Under the pieces are notes generated by a model, which saw nothing but the letters and a program-made list of their open reading frames with translations, made no database searches and was not told the origin of the DNA. From NCBI GenBank assembly GCA_030704615.1, contig CM060732.1, positions 4,464,001-4,528,000 on the forward strand: a DNA stretch of 64,000 bases. Reading direction: 5' to 3'. Shown here one piece after another: positions 1 through 11,722 of the stretch. The position numbers and the translations under genes were made by a program. Position 1 is the first letter of the stretch. Each line of letters begins with the position of its first letter. This DNA comes from Takakia lepidozioides (lineage: Eukaryota; Plantae; Bryophyta).

Positions 1-1140
1 GGTGAAGTTTGTGTGCCAGCTGCCCCCCCTTCCCCGAGACGACTTCATCCTGTCCCCCCTAGATGGAAAAACGGCGCCGGATTTCCATCCAGGGGATGAA
101 GTCTGTGCGCCAGCTTGCCCCCCCTCCCCCGAGACGGCTTCATCCAGAGCCCCCTGGATGGAAATACGGCGCTGAATTTCCATCCGGGGGGGATTGGATG
201 AAGTCGTCTCGGAAAAGACACAGGGCCTGCTGGCATACCAATTTCATCCCTTGGATGGATATTCGGCGCTGAATTTCCATCCGAGGGGGATTGGGTGAAG
301 TCGTCTCGGTCGGACATAGGCCTTGTTGGCATACCAATTTCATCCCCTGGATGGAAATTCGGCGTCGTATTTCCATCCAGCGCGGTGCGATGGAACCCTC
401 ATGTCCCATTTTTAGCCATTTTCCCCCCTGGATGGAAATTCGGCGCCGTATTTCCATCCAGGGGGTGTGGATGAAGTCCTGTCAGGGGGACGGAGGGGCA
501 CCTGGCGCACGAAGTACACCCCCTTGGATGCAAATTCGGCGCCGAATTTTCATCCAGGGGGTCTGGATTCGTCTCGTGGGGAGGGAGGGGCACCTGGCGC
601 ACGAAGTCCATCCCCCTGGATGGAAATTTGGCGCCGTATTTCCATCCACGGGGTCTGGATGAAGTCGTCTCGGGGGGAGGGAGGGCCACCTGGCACACGA
701 AGTCCACCCCCCTGGATGTAAATTCGGCGCCGTTATCCATGGGATCTGGATGAAGTCATCTCGGGGGGAGGGAGGGGCACCTGGCGCACGAAGTCCACCC
801 CCCTGGATGGAAATTTGGCGTCGTTATCCACGGGGTTTGGATGAAGTCATCTCGGGGGGAGGGAGGGGCACCTGACGCACAAAGTCCATCCCCCTGGATG
901 GAAATTCGACGTCGTATTTCCATCCAGGGGGTATGGATGAAGTCGTCTCGGGGGGAGGGAGGGGCACCTGACGCACGAAGTCCATCCCCCTGGATGGAAA
1001 CTCCGCGCCGTATTTCCATCCAGGAGGTCTAGATGAAGTCGTCTCGGGCGGAGGGAGGGGGACTTGGCGCACGAAGTTACACCGCCTGGATGGAAATACG
1101 GCTCCGAATTTCCATCCAGGGGGTGTGGATGAAGCCGTCT
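1..1140. repeat. Subterminal-type tandem/inverted array (~90 bp units) built on the palindrome CCCCTGGATGGAAA-N12-TTTCCATCCAGGGG
   Basis: The motif tggatggaaa(ttcggcgccgta)tttccatcca recurs about 10 times, interleaved with gatgaagtcgtctcgggggg. Unit orientation flips in the first ~200 bp. The many short ORFs here are just repeat translations. Confidence 0.9.
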
Positions 1141-1959
1141 CGTGGGGAGAGTTTTCGAGCTGTCACAATGATGTCCGCCGGCCATGCATTAATGTGCCGC
1201 CGTCGTCTCTTTTGAACCCACATGGTCCTGCACGGATTCCATGGTGGCTTCCCGGCTACGTCTGGAGCCCTTGATGTGACGGGTGGATGAAGTTCCACGC
1301 CCAGGCTGCCACCACGCATTAGCCGCGACATTTCTGTTATTTGGACTTATGCCGCGTCGAGAAGGGCGAGGCTCTGCCGAGAGAAACCCCAGTTCTCGAC
1401 CACGGTGCAAACTAAAACCTTTATACTACGGTCCGAAACCAAAGTCTTGCATGGCCAAACTGAAGCTACAGCAGGAGATCCCCTTGTCTTGCTCACAGCC
1501 CGCGCCAACTGAAGCCGAGCATTCTCAGGTGTGCCCCTGCTTCTTCCACTTTTCAGGGATTTTGCTGCTGCTTTTGCGGGCTTTTGCTTTCAGGGCTTTG
1601 AGGGCTTTTGCTTTTGCTTTTGCTGTTGCGTACTCTGCCTACTCTCACAACTCTGCCTCGTTTTCACTTTGCCTTTCGATTGGATGCCAGGGCCCTCCTG
1701 GTGGGGATGACAGAGTGAAGACGATCGTGACACGGTGGTGGTTTCCTCCACACCTCCAAGTCGTTGCAAGGGAGTTTTCCGCGAGACGTGGCAGGCAGCC
1801 TCTGGCATTCAGATTTTTGGGTCTCCAAAGGGGGGCCGAGGGGGCATCGACGAGGCCCTTCTTCCATTCGCAGGTGGACAAGACGCCCTGGACAAGGCTT
1901 ACTCACAGATAGCAATTTGGCCACAGTCGGGAGGTGGTGCGTAGGCTACAACACTCGAA

Positions 1960-4241
1960 ATGAAAGGTGCAGGGCGATGGAAAGGGCTAGGCCATCCGCC
2001 CATAGATGAGGTTGTTGCACAGGCAGGGGGCCCCACCCACACGAAAAAGAAGAAGAGGGCGAAGCAGATGCAATCCCCAGCACAAGGGCCAGTGGCGGTT
2101 GCGGAGGGGGGAGTCAACAGAACACCCACCAAACAGGACGAGGGAGTGAGTTCCTCGGCAGCTCATGTGGTCGACCTCTAGGCGTCCTCGGCAGCCACGC
2201 CATCCAAAAAACAGAAGGCCCGAGAGAGGGCAAAAGAGATGTCCAGAGAGAAGGGTAGAGAGAAGGCAAGGACACCCGAAACAGCCACTGAGACAGTTGC
2301 TGCCACTAAGACGGCCAAGAGAGCCAATCAGACACCTGCTCCCACATTGCCAGTTACACCAATGCATAGGGGAGCACAACGACAAATTGCAAACAAGGTG
2401 GAGACTGAGGGAGGGGAGAAATCACCACACATACCATGGCATGGGGCAGGTGGAGGGGGAGACGCCCTTGCCACACAACAAAGCCACCACGAGCTTCAGG
2501 CGGTGCATGTCGCAGATGAGGAGGAGAGGGGCCTTTCCAACCAGGATGACATCCTCCCCGAGATCCCCAAGGCCCAAACCCGGAGCATTCAGGCTGGGTT
2601 TGGTAGTCTTGGTGGGCTTGGCTTCCAAAGAATCCCTTTGCCACAGACCTCATGTCGGAGGCCGATATGAAGTTGGCCGCTGCCAAGATGTTGGAGGCAA
2701 CCCACATCAACATTGGCAGGGTGCTGGGAGGCATGGTATACCTTGCAAAGCTACGGATTCCTCTCTGCCGCATGATATACTTGCAGGTGGTCAAACCTGC
2801 CTTCTTCGGTGATATCGACAAGCTCAAATTCTCTTTCCGGGATGGGTATCGCATGGGGTCTGCCTCCTTCTATGTCTCCACTGAGAACGATCACGGAGCT
2901 TGCCGTGTACACAATTCGGAGGATCTCGCCAGTTGGGGCCCCCATTGACAAACGCAAAAACATCGAGTTCGAGAAACTGATTGCTAATGATCCCCTTTTC
3001 TAGCACTTCTCCGGAAAAATATTTTACGCGTGGGACGGGAACCATCGGCTTGCCGCATGGATGGAGCACAATATAGCCCAAGTACACCGATGACCTCGAT
3101 TGGCATTACGTCGTGGAGTGTGTTGTGCTCAAGGTGGTGGGGCCGGCAGATCGTAGTCTTCTCAAAGCTGCTATGGTGGACATAAACTCGTAAGTAAAAG
3201 TGCTCCTTGCACTAGAACTAGCAATTTCGAACACTCATTTTGTTGGCAATCCCCTCATATGTCGGAAATGTAGCATTGCAGGGTCACGGAGACTACCTTC
3301 ATTGCCACCAACTTATCCCACATGCTCATCCGAGTGAAGGATGTCGGGAGGCAGCTGGTGCCGTACTTTGCCAATTCTCTTAGTGCCGATCTCATGCGTA
3401 AGTCCGAGGCAAATGCTGACAGAACCTGGTACAGGCTGAGCATGGACGCCATGGTGGACTACATCTTTCGGGTATTGCGTTATGCTCTCTTCATTTCTTC
3501 ATTTCTCGCTGTGGAATTCTCCGACCATCCTTTCTAATTGTTATTTGCTTTGATGACAAGGCAAAGGCTCGCATCAAGTACAAGTCCTGGATGGTGAAGT
3601 ACGTGGCAATTGCTGATCCCGCCCTTGGTGACGACTTTCTTGTGGAGGTAGGCAAGCACTACTCCCGTGCTCTTAAGCCCACAATGACACTCGAGAAGCT
3701 GCATCGTCTAGCCACATCGTGTGTGGATGCAACTGAGAAGGTTAGACTTTCTTAACCAACTTTTCTTCTTGTTGCAACAATGTGTTCCCATGGTCTCTTT
3801 CGCTTTCTAATATCCACATTGGTTGGGAATCTGGAATGGGTCCCAGAGTACAAGGGACATGGAGCTTCCCAAAACCTGAGAAACTGTCCGACCCCACATT
3901 CGACCTCTGGATGAACCGCATAACATGGTGGTTTCAGGTACTTTTGAGGCTTCTTTTGGTGCTTCTCCTCTTGTATCATGTACATTTCCGGTATTTCTTC
4001 AAGAATGTTGTCTGATGAAGACTGCCTGCAGGTCACCACAAATGCGCAAGAGCAGCTCGACACCCAAGCACATCAGTTCAAGTTGGAGATTGCGCCAATA
4101 GCAGAGAGCCTCAGCGACTACGTCACGAGGTACTTTCTACTTTTCAAAACCGATCTATTCTATCGAGGGATGTCGCATGCCCGGAGGAGCCACGAGTTCA
4201 CCGATCAGCCGAACGCGGACAAAGCGGCAATGCCTCTACAG
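1960..4241 (+). pseudogene. Degraded intron-containing TE-associated gene with a ParB/Srx-like N-terminal domain
   Basis: Manual translation gives LRIPLCRMIYLQVVKPAFFGDIDKLKFSFRDGY (ParB box-I-like) and KIFYAWDGNHRLAAW (3016-3060, DGxHR box II). GT-AG introns keep the frame at 3190-3281 and 3472-3560, with further donors at 3741, ~3938 and ~4242. Stops (e.g. TAG at 3001) and frameshifts are present, and the 3' end runs into repeats. Confidence 0.6.
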
Positions 4242-4299
4242 GTAACCTACTGTGCTTTTCTTTGTTTTATGGCCATTACAGTCCGACCCCAAAAGTGGA

Positions 4300-4770
4300 T
4301 CTATGGCGCCAGATACCCAGTTTTTGGGCCCAAAAATGGCTGTCCCTAGAAGTCTGGGCCCAAAATGTGGAAATATGGCGCCGAATTTCTAGTTAGCGTT
4401 CTAGAAATGGCTAAGTCCCTGAGCGGCTGGCACCGAAACTGGGAAAAATGGCGCCGAATTCCCAGTTTCATGCCCTACCGCTCCAGGGACTTGGCCATTT
4501 CTGGGCCCTGGTCCAGGAAATTCGGCGCCGTTTTTCCTGTTTCGGAGGCAATGGCTTAGGGGACAGTTATTTTGGGCCCCAAATCTGGAAAAATGGGGCA
4601 TGAAACTGGAAATTTCGGCGCCATTTTTCCAGTTTCGGAGCCAGCCGCTCAGCGACTTAGGCATTTCTAGGCCCTGGTTCAGGAGATTCGGCACCGTTTT
4701 TCCAGGTTTTGGAGCCAGCTGCTCAGGGACTTGGCCATTTCTGGACCGCTAATTGGAAATTTGGCGCCAT
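4300..4770. repeat. Second subterminal array sharing the GGAAA..GGCGCC..TTTCC core; probable right end of a DNA transposon spanning <1-4770
   Basis: Repeated ggaaatt(c/t)ggcgcc(g/a)tttttcc and ctcagggacttggccatttctgg motifs occur in both orientations. The core is the same as in the 1-1140 array, and the repeats stop abruptly at ~4770. Confidence 0.7.
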
Positions 4771-6051
4771 TCATTTGTCTTTTGGTACACATGATCATAA
4801 ATGTATGTGCTCCACAGCACAGGTCCCCTTAGTTACAATTGGAATACAGGTTGATAACTGTCTGCAAATCCAAGATCTTGCATCCATTGAGAACATACAC
4901 ATATTAAAAACTTGTGAGTATTCTAATACTATGGAACCAGCTGGTATGGAATGGTAAAAATATTTCAATACCAGGACCCAGCCAGTGTACCCGCCCAACA
5001 CTGGTCGGTACTAATAATGAAAAACTTCACAATGCAAGTGTCTTTCTTTTATCCTGATATCATGGGTGTGCCTGTTATATGGTGCTGTTGTCTCCAAACA
5101 AATGTACAGCAACAGTACAACTTAAGGTCCAAGTCTTCAGAAAATACAGCACAGGAATCTAGCTTCTCTCTCATTCAGCTTGTTGTATGTTTTATATTCC
5201 ATGTCCAAGTCCTAGAAACATTAGCCCCAAGGTTCACATGGCGTCAGTGGCTAATACAAGCCATTTGCATCCTTGATATTCCCAGGTATTGTCCCAGATG
5301 TTAGGACACAATTCAGGCTTCCATGATTGACAACATTGACATCTTTTCCACAAATGAACACATAACCCCATTGACCTGGTGCGGGCCCTATGCCTTCTCA
5401 TCTCTTTTCCCAGAGCTGGCCATCAAGATCTCAATCAAGCAGTCTTCTGTTGGCTTCTCCAAAATGCCATAAAAATTATTATCAAAACTTGCCTCCATCA
5501 GACCTAGACGAAAAGTTGTTACAAGGCTAGAAAGGATCACAATGCCTCAGTTTCATTGTGTCTCCATATATTGCACCTCCTAGGATCGATGCAAAGCTAA
5601 ACGAAAGGAAGTAATTCCCGAGATGCTACCTGTATATGCCAATCACAACTTTGAGCACCTCACCTACATCAACTATACACCTGTGAAGATAGTGGACTTC
5701 AAGTAACATGCTACTGACTCACCTTTTTCATGACCAAATACCTGCAGAGGTGATAATCTGGCAGAGGAAAGAAGAACATGAGGCTGCTCTTGTGGATGTG
5801 AGAGTTCATCAGAGAGATGTCAGAACCACACTATTTTCTGTCTTGCTACTCTGACCTCACACAAACAAAAGACACAGGGACGGAGACAGATAGGGGACAA
5901 AAAGGTGGGCATTGGGCTAGAGTGTTTGAGGTTTAGGAGACAACTTTCCATCTTATGTTGACAAGCTTACAGACTTAAAAGCTTGGCCCAAATACTTTCA
6001 GGGCTTGACCCTTTGGGTCCTGCCAGTGCTCCAAACAGTAGACCATGACGC

Positions 6052-9000
6052 TCACTCCACATCCTCCTCAGCTGGGTCATGATCCCTTATCTTCGGCTCT
6101 GCGTCCTCTCCAAACTGGATGGCATTGTCTATGTGTGAAAGCACATACTGGATGCTGCATTCAATCCACAGCACACATAGCCTTAGGAACCTACCTCAAG
6201 AAAACCACATCTATTTTAATAGTGGAGGAAAAGTTCCAGGATCAACTTTGAAGTAAGCAATCCAAAGGTGAAAATGAACGAGAGAAACACAACGTTCCTG
6301 CAACTAGAAAGTTCATTTGGAATCTCAAATGGATGAAGCTGCTCTACAAGAAAAAGCAAGAATGGAGCATAATGCAAACCTCTCTTCACTTCTGATATCC
6401 AGTGGTAAAAAATTGACCATGCTGTAATCATCCACCTGCATAACCCGGAAAAGCACCAACAAGGTTTACATTGAACAGCACTTCAAGAGCAGACTACATG
6501 TGTACTGGGAAATGGCCAAATCATTCCGTATTAGTTCAGGCACCCACCAGTCCTAAATGCTTCAAGGATTTCTTACACCGTAGGCTTATGCTTCCACTCA
6601 AACACATAATTGAAGAGTACTGTCGATATACCATGTGGTCCTGGGCTCAAATCCACTTATAACCTGTGTTCGAGGTTACATTATAATGTTCACCAAAGGG
6701 AGGGTGTGAGATACTCAAGAGGATTCCTAGCAGGAAGAGATCAGGTAACCAATAGACTTTGGTTGCACTGTAAGGAGCCATTACAAACACCATTCTTCGA
6801 GCAGGAGGTAGAGCTAACAGGCCAAGGCAGTACTATGAATAATTGTGGTACTTCTATAGCACTTCCCAAAAAACACTAAAACACACCAGGCAACTGAGGT
6901 GAACACAATTAAGTGAAATAAGTACGGGCGTACAAGTTCAGCCAGAGCCTGATTGAGGTGAGCAAAGTGTGGCGCCCATTGCCGATTTAAATCTGCCAGT
7001 AATAACCTTCCATCCGGATCCAAAAACCTAGCCTCCACAGAGTGCCAACTCTCAGCATGAGAAGTTCTCAAACTCAGAAGTAGAAATTGAGGGACGAAAG
7101 ACGGGATGGATTCCATCAAACCCACAGATGAATGGCCATGCAAAAGGTACAGCAGTGCCATCCAACCCATACATACTTTCCAGTTATATGAAAGCACCAC
7201 CGATGGCCCCACCATGGGTATCTTTGGAAAGAGAGCAAAACAGGAGATGGGAAATGGGACTTCACTTGTCAATGTCACGCTTGCTGGGAAGGAGGTCGAT
7301 TTTGGTAAGGATATTAATATGCGGTAGTTCCAGCTGCACCATGGCTGACAGTGAAGCCAGACATCCACTAATATACTTGGTTACATCTGACACAAACTAC
7401 ACACCAGACAGCCAATCAGGAAGACATTTTTTGACCTCCATTGTTTTGCATGTCTCTTGAGCAACTGGATTTTAACCAGTTCGAGATAGTCCATATTCCA
7501 TCTGATAGTTTATTTGGATGAACAAAAGAATAATGGTGACCTTTAAGAGGTAGGAGAATTCATTTAATCCTCCACAACAGAGCTTGCCTCACAAGCATCT
7601 GCAACAGCTCCCACAAATGATCACAAATGACAAGCATCTGAAGACCGATGAATGGTACATCCAAATGTGACAAGCTCTTGTCCAGCCTCTTGGTGGCAGG
7701 AGGAATCAGTGCACATGTACACACATGAAAACAAGATGTAACATAGCACAACTGGTTCCCATGGTACCCTCAAATCTGCTAAGTTAATGAACAGCTACTG
7801 GGACAGGTGTAAGAACCTGCAATATCAATTGAACTTTTCACTAGTACACCTGACATAGCAGTAATGCAGTAGCTAAGAAAGAGATACACAAGGGACTCCA
7901 GAATTAAAACCTGGGAGTCAAGCATGTAGACAGCACACACATTGAAGTCCCATGTTTTGAGCTGGTCCGCAAAGGTGCGCAAGACTGGGATATGTGAATA
8001 CAGCTCGATCTGCCCTGCACCCCTCAACCCCACTCCCAAGGTGAGGCATGATCTTCTCATGCCCTCTTCCTACCTCTTCCTAACTGGAAGTGTGGGTTTG
8101 CCTGGCATCCCCTCCAGTCGTGCTGACTATATCAAGGAGATTCAAGGAGGTTCGGAGAACACCTTGGGCATCTCACATGGTGGCTCAACCAAGGAGATGA
8201 TCCGAGTTCATCCAACATTTGACTGTATCTAGGAGGTTTGGAGAACACCTTGGGCATCCCACATGGTGGCTCAACCAAGGAGGTGATCTGAGTTCATCCA
8301 ACAAAAAAGTATGCTGAGATGTTGTTGGAAAAATGTTAAACCAAGACCTGGGCAGTCAAAGATTAAGTAGTCATCATCTATGTAGTCCTCCAGTTGCTCT
8401 GCCAGCCAGTCCTCCAGATTCTCTTCCAAGTATCTTTCCACTTGGTCAAGGTGTGAATCTTTCTTCTCGACACACCCACATCCCCAGCCTTGAAAGTCCC
8501 ACAAGCCAATCGACTACCTATAAACCTCCCCTGCAAATGAGAGGGACAGACACTGGGGACTAGACGAAGAAAACAAGTCAGGCAGAAACAAAAAGCAAAT
8601 GACATCAAGGATATAGTTTTCCACAGTTAAAGAAAGGAGCCCATCCTCCCAATGGGATCACATCCATTTACTTAAGAGGACAGGCACTTCCTGCATGTGA
8701 AGATTTTACTGAGGTAGTCCTACTCCTAGTTTGGTACATCCAACCAGCCATTGGTAGGACAAATTTTACAATGTAACCCCCTGTGGCTGAGCTGAATGTA
8801 GTGGGAACCTCCAACATAGGCCCCTGCCCATTTCCACTCTGGACCACCTTCAAGTTGCCAGTGTGCGTGAACCACTCGATATACACTGTAGGCTACAATT
8901 CAACAACTCGGTCATAGTTGATAGCATAAATATGTCTCCCAATTCGCCATCTAGAAAATGGAAAATGAAAGGATACTCCATGCAATATATAAGGCCACCA

Positions 9001-11255
9001 TTTGGCCCCAGCTTCAACTCCTCCATCACATCTTCCAAAGAAATGAGCTCCCGGATATCTGAAAGTGTCCGACATAGACCACAGCCAACTGCAAGTTAAT
9101 CTAAACTAAAGGTACCTCAGATTGCCCTTCATGGATAAGCTCTTTGCGAAGGTAATGTACTCCCCTAGGACTCCAGGAAAGAGACTTAGCACCCACAGTT
9201 TGTTTTTTCATGAAGACTCATGGAATCGTCATGGAGTCAATGACTGACAGCTCTCACACTACTATTAAGGCCCAAAATATCACTCCCTCACAGTAAATCA
9301 GCACCTAATGGACCTCAAAGAAAACCAGTTCCCTTCCCATCTGGAGAAATCTTCATGTATGTGACACAAATCCACAAAGCTGTCCGCAGAAAAAAAGAAA
9401 TGATTCATTCTTACCAACAGCTACTGGATACTCAAATTGATCAGCAGCAGGGTCCAAGTTGACCACATGGACACTGCGACCAATGCTCTGACAATGCTGA
9501 TGGACATTACAGCAATATGTCGACTGCACCCCGCCCCATTACATTGTTAACAGTCAGGCAAGATCATTCACACAAATGTAAAATTCTCCTTCCACTTCTA
9601 TAGCTAAAAAGAACAATAGCAGGATCAATCAACACTCCAAAGATGACTCACAACAATGAAAAACCTCCCAGAGCACAGAAGCAATGCATCAAATGCTACC
9701 AGCCACTCTACGGCAAGCGGGCAAACAAGAAACGAAGTTGGAAACTGCAAGCTGGCCTTGTAAGAGTGCCACTCCCAATGGCCATCAGGATGGATAAATT
9801 GCTGTAGATACTTCCGCCATGGAGGTAGATGAGGTAGACAAAGGAAGGGGAATACCCTCCCCTGCAAATATTGGCTATTGCATACACTTGTAGGTGTAGT
9901 CCCTGCAGGATCCTCACACTCCAAGAGTGGGGTTTGAATCCACTAGGTTTAAAAAGTCAGCTCAAGTTGCTATGGTCCTACACCAGCAACTTAAAAAAAT
10001 TAGGTGCGGTCATAGTTGATTTTGAAAGCACCACAGTCACAACCCCCATAATAGGATATATCTAAGAAGTTTGCCGTAGATAACAGCACTGCTACTGTAG
10101 CCATCTACCCCACCTGTTGCCACACATGTGAGAGTGTATCTGTGTGGTGTGCCTGAGCAAGAGAGACTGACACTTGAACGTATTGACTTCTGAAATATGA
10201 CTGACTGCACCACATGTGCTTCTACTATCCTATACACAGGCGTTTCTTTGCACCACTTAAATGACATATTTTCCCTCACTGGAGCTGGCAACAGCCACTC
10301 TTGCAATTACTATCACCAGTAGTTTCACATGATTATAGTTGTAACCACTTGCATTCATGAAGATTGCTTGCCTGCGTGACTAAAGTGGTATGCAGCTCGT
10401 AGGGGGATGTGGAATCAATCAGAGCCAGATAAAAAAGCAAACAAGGGCAAGCTGACGTCTTTCTAAATTCTCTTGACTCATGTTGTCAGCAAGGTTCTGG
10501 GAACTGCTTGAATACCTCCCTGACAGCATTTACCAAACTTTCTATCTTAATACAATAAATCAAACAAGAGCACTATGTGTGCCCAGGTTTGGACGAGCAA
10601 ATTTCGGATTTTTTTCCAGGAAACTCTCCTTCGCATTGCTGTGGACAGAAATTATTGTCGAAATTTGGTCATCCCACTCACCATGGTCCACATGTGTCAA
10701 GAGTCACTATAAAGATGCAACGATCACAACCGGAGTTTCTGAATAGACAAAACCTGGACAACCAGAGTAGACTACACTTTGTATCATCCTTCACCAACAG
10801 GTACTATGCAATGTTAAGCAACGGTCCAAGATCTCATCTGCATTAGCCTCTCCTAGTCATACTCTGTGCCCTAAGTCACTGCGGACTATTGCGCGAGTAA
10901 ACATTTCCATAATTGAAGTACGCTGTTTGGATTCTTCACGGTGATTGAAGCCAAGGCAGAACCCTACGTAACTTATCAACTTTCTTCGTTGACATTTTCC
11001 ATCAACGCGAGCAATACCCAATCACCTTACTGGCTGTTGACAGCTTAGAGGATCTTTCTTAGAAACACAACACTTTCTACGTGACACATGTTAACAACTT
11101 CCACAAACCATCGTTCATTTATACATACAAATGACATAAACAGATGATTCAAGAAGATAAAAAATACTAGGACGAAGATAATATAATAGAGCTTGAGACG
11201 CACTCACCTTGCCGCTGCCGGCGGGGCCAATCACAAGCTGTGCATATCGAGGCAT
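6052..11255 (-). CDS. GPN3: GPN-loop GTPase 3 (270 aa, 9 exons)
   Basis: Exons 11255-11208, 9523-9415, 9058-8977, 8433-8348, 8014-7911, 7396-7266, 7027-6934, 6435-6380 and 6154-6052. All introns are GT-AG and phase-consistent (813 nt total). Motifs: [20 protein letters not shown] (P-loop), NLDPAA, LGPNGGL (GPN loop), [28 protein letters not shown]. Confidence 0.96.
8145..8302. repeat. Two-copy ~87 bp tandem duplication in a GPN3 intron
   Basis: aggaggtt(c/t)ggagaacaccttgggcatc...gagttcatccaaca is present twice. Confidence 0.85.
8434..8976 (-). other. U12-type (minor spliceosome) GT-AG intron in GPN3
   Basis: The 5' splice site reads GTATCCTTT. A branch-point-like CCTTGAC lies ~10 nt upstream of the 3' AG, and there is no polypyrimidine tract (ccttgaccaagtggaaag|). 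Confidence 0.85.
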
Positions 11256-11722
11256 GGCACCAAGCCGTTTCCCCGGTGCTCTCAACAATCCTGCTCAACT
11301 AAAGAAAAGAACCAGAACTCTTTGCACAACTGGGAAGGCTGTTAGCAATCCGACGAGCACATATGCAGATGTCCAGATACATCCGTGGAATACTAGCTGT
11401 CCCCAAGTGTAGGAGAGGGGACGAGCCATAACCCGACTCTGTACGTATCCTCAAATTCGAATCAGAGGCATGCGATGCGATGTAGGTAGTCACTGCGACA
11501 GCATGTTTTGTTCGTCGTACAGTGCATGTTGTGCGTGCTAAAATAGTCTCTGCCATTCAACACTCAAATACGCGCGAGGGAGAAGGATAGGGTTTTCCAG
11601 GCTTAGGGATTCGAATCAGCTACTGCAGATTGCATCCATCCATCATTCATCCAAGGACCAAGGAGAGAAGCTAGGGCAACCCTGTCACACAATCTCATCA
11701 GTTTGATCGTGTTGGTTGGACG
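11256..11722. promoter_or_regulatory. Shared bidirectional promoter/5' UTR region of GPN3 and ARPC5, with a telo-box
   Basis: The divergent ATGs are separated by only 467 bp. TAGGGTTT (telo-box, reverse complement of AAACCCTA) is at 11588-11595. Confidence 0.6.

Noticed and set aside
1-1140. CRISPR-like array or short protein-coding ORFs (repeated WMEIRRRISIQG)
   Set aside because: The intervening sequences are themselves repeated rather than unique spacers, there are no cas genes, and the context is eukaryotic. The ORFs are translations of the repeat.
1283-1912. 209-aa ORF as a host gene
   Set aside because: It has low-complexity GCTTTT-derived runs and no domain, and lies in the leader of the putative DNA element.
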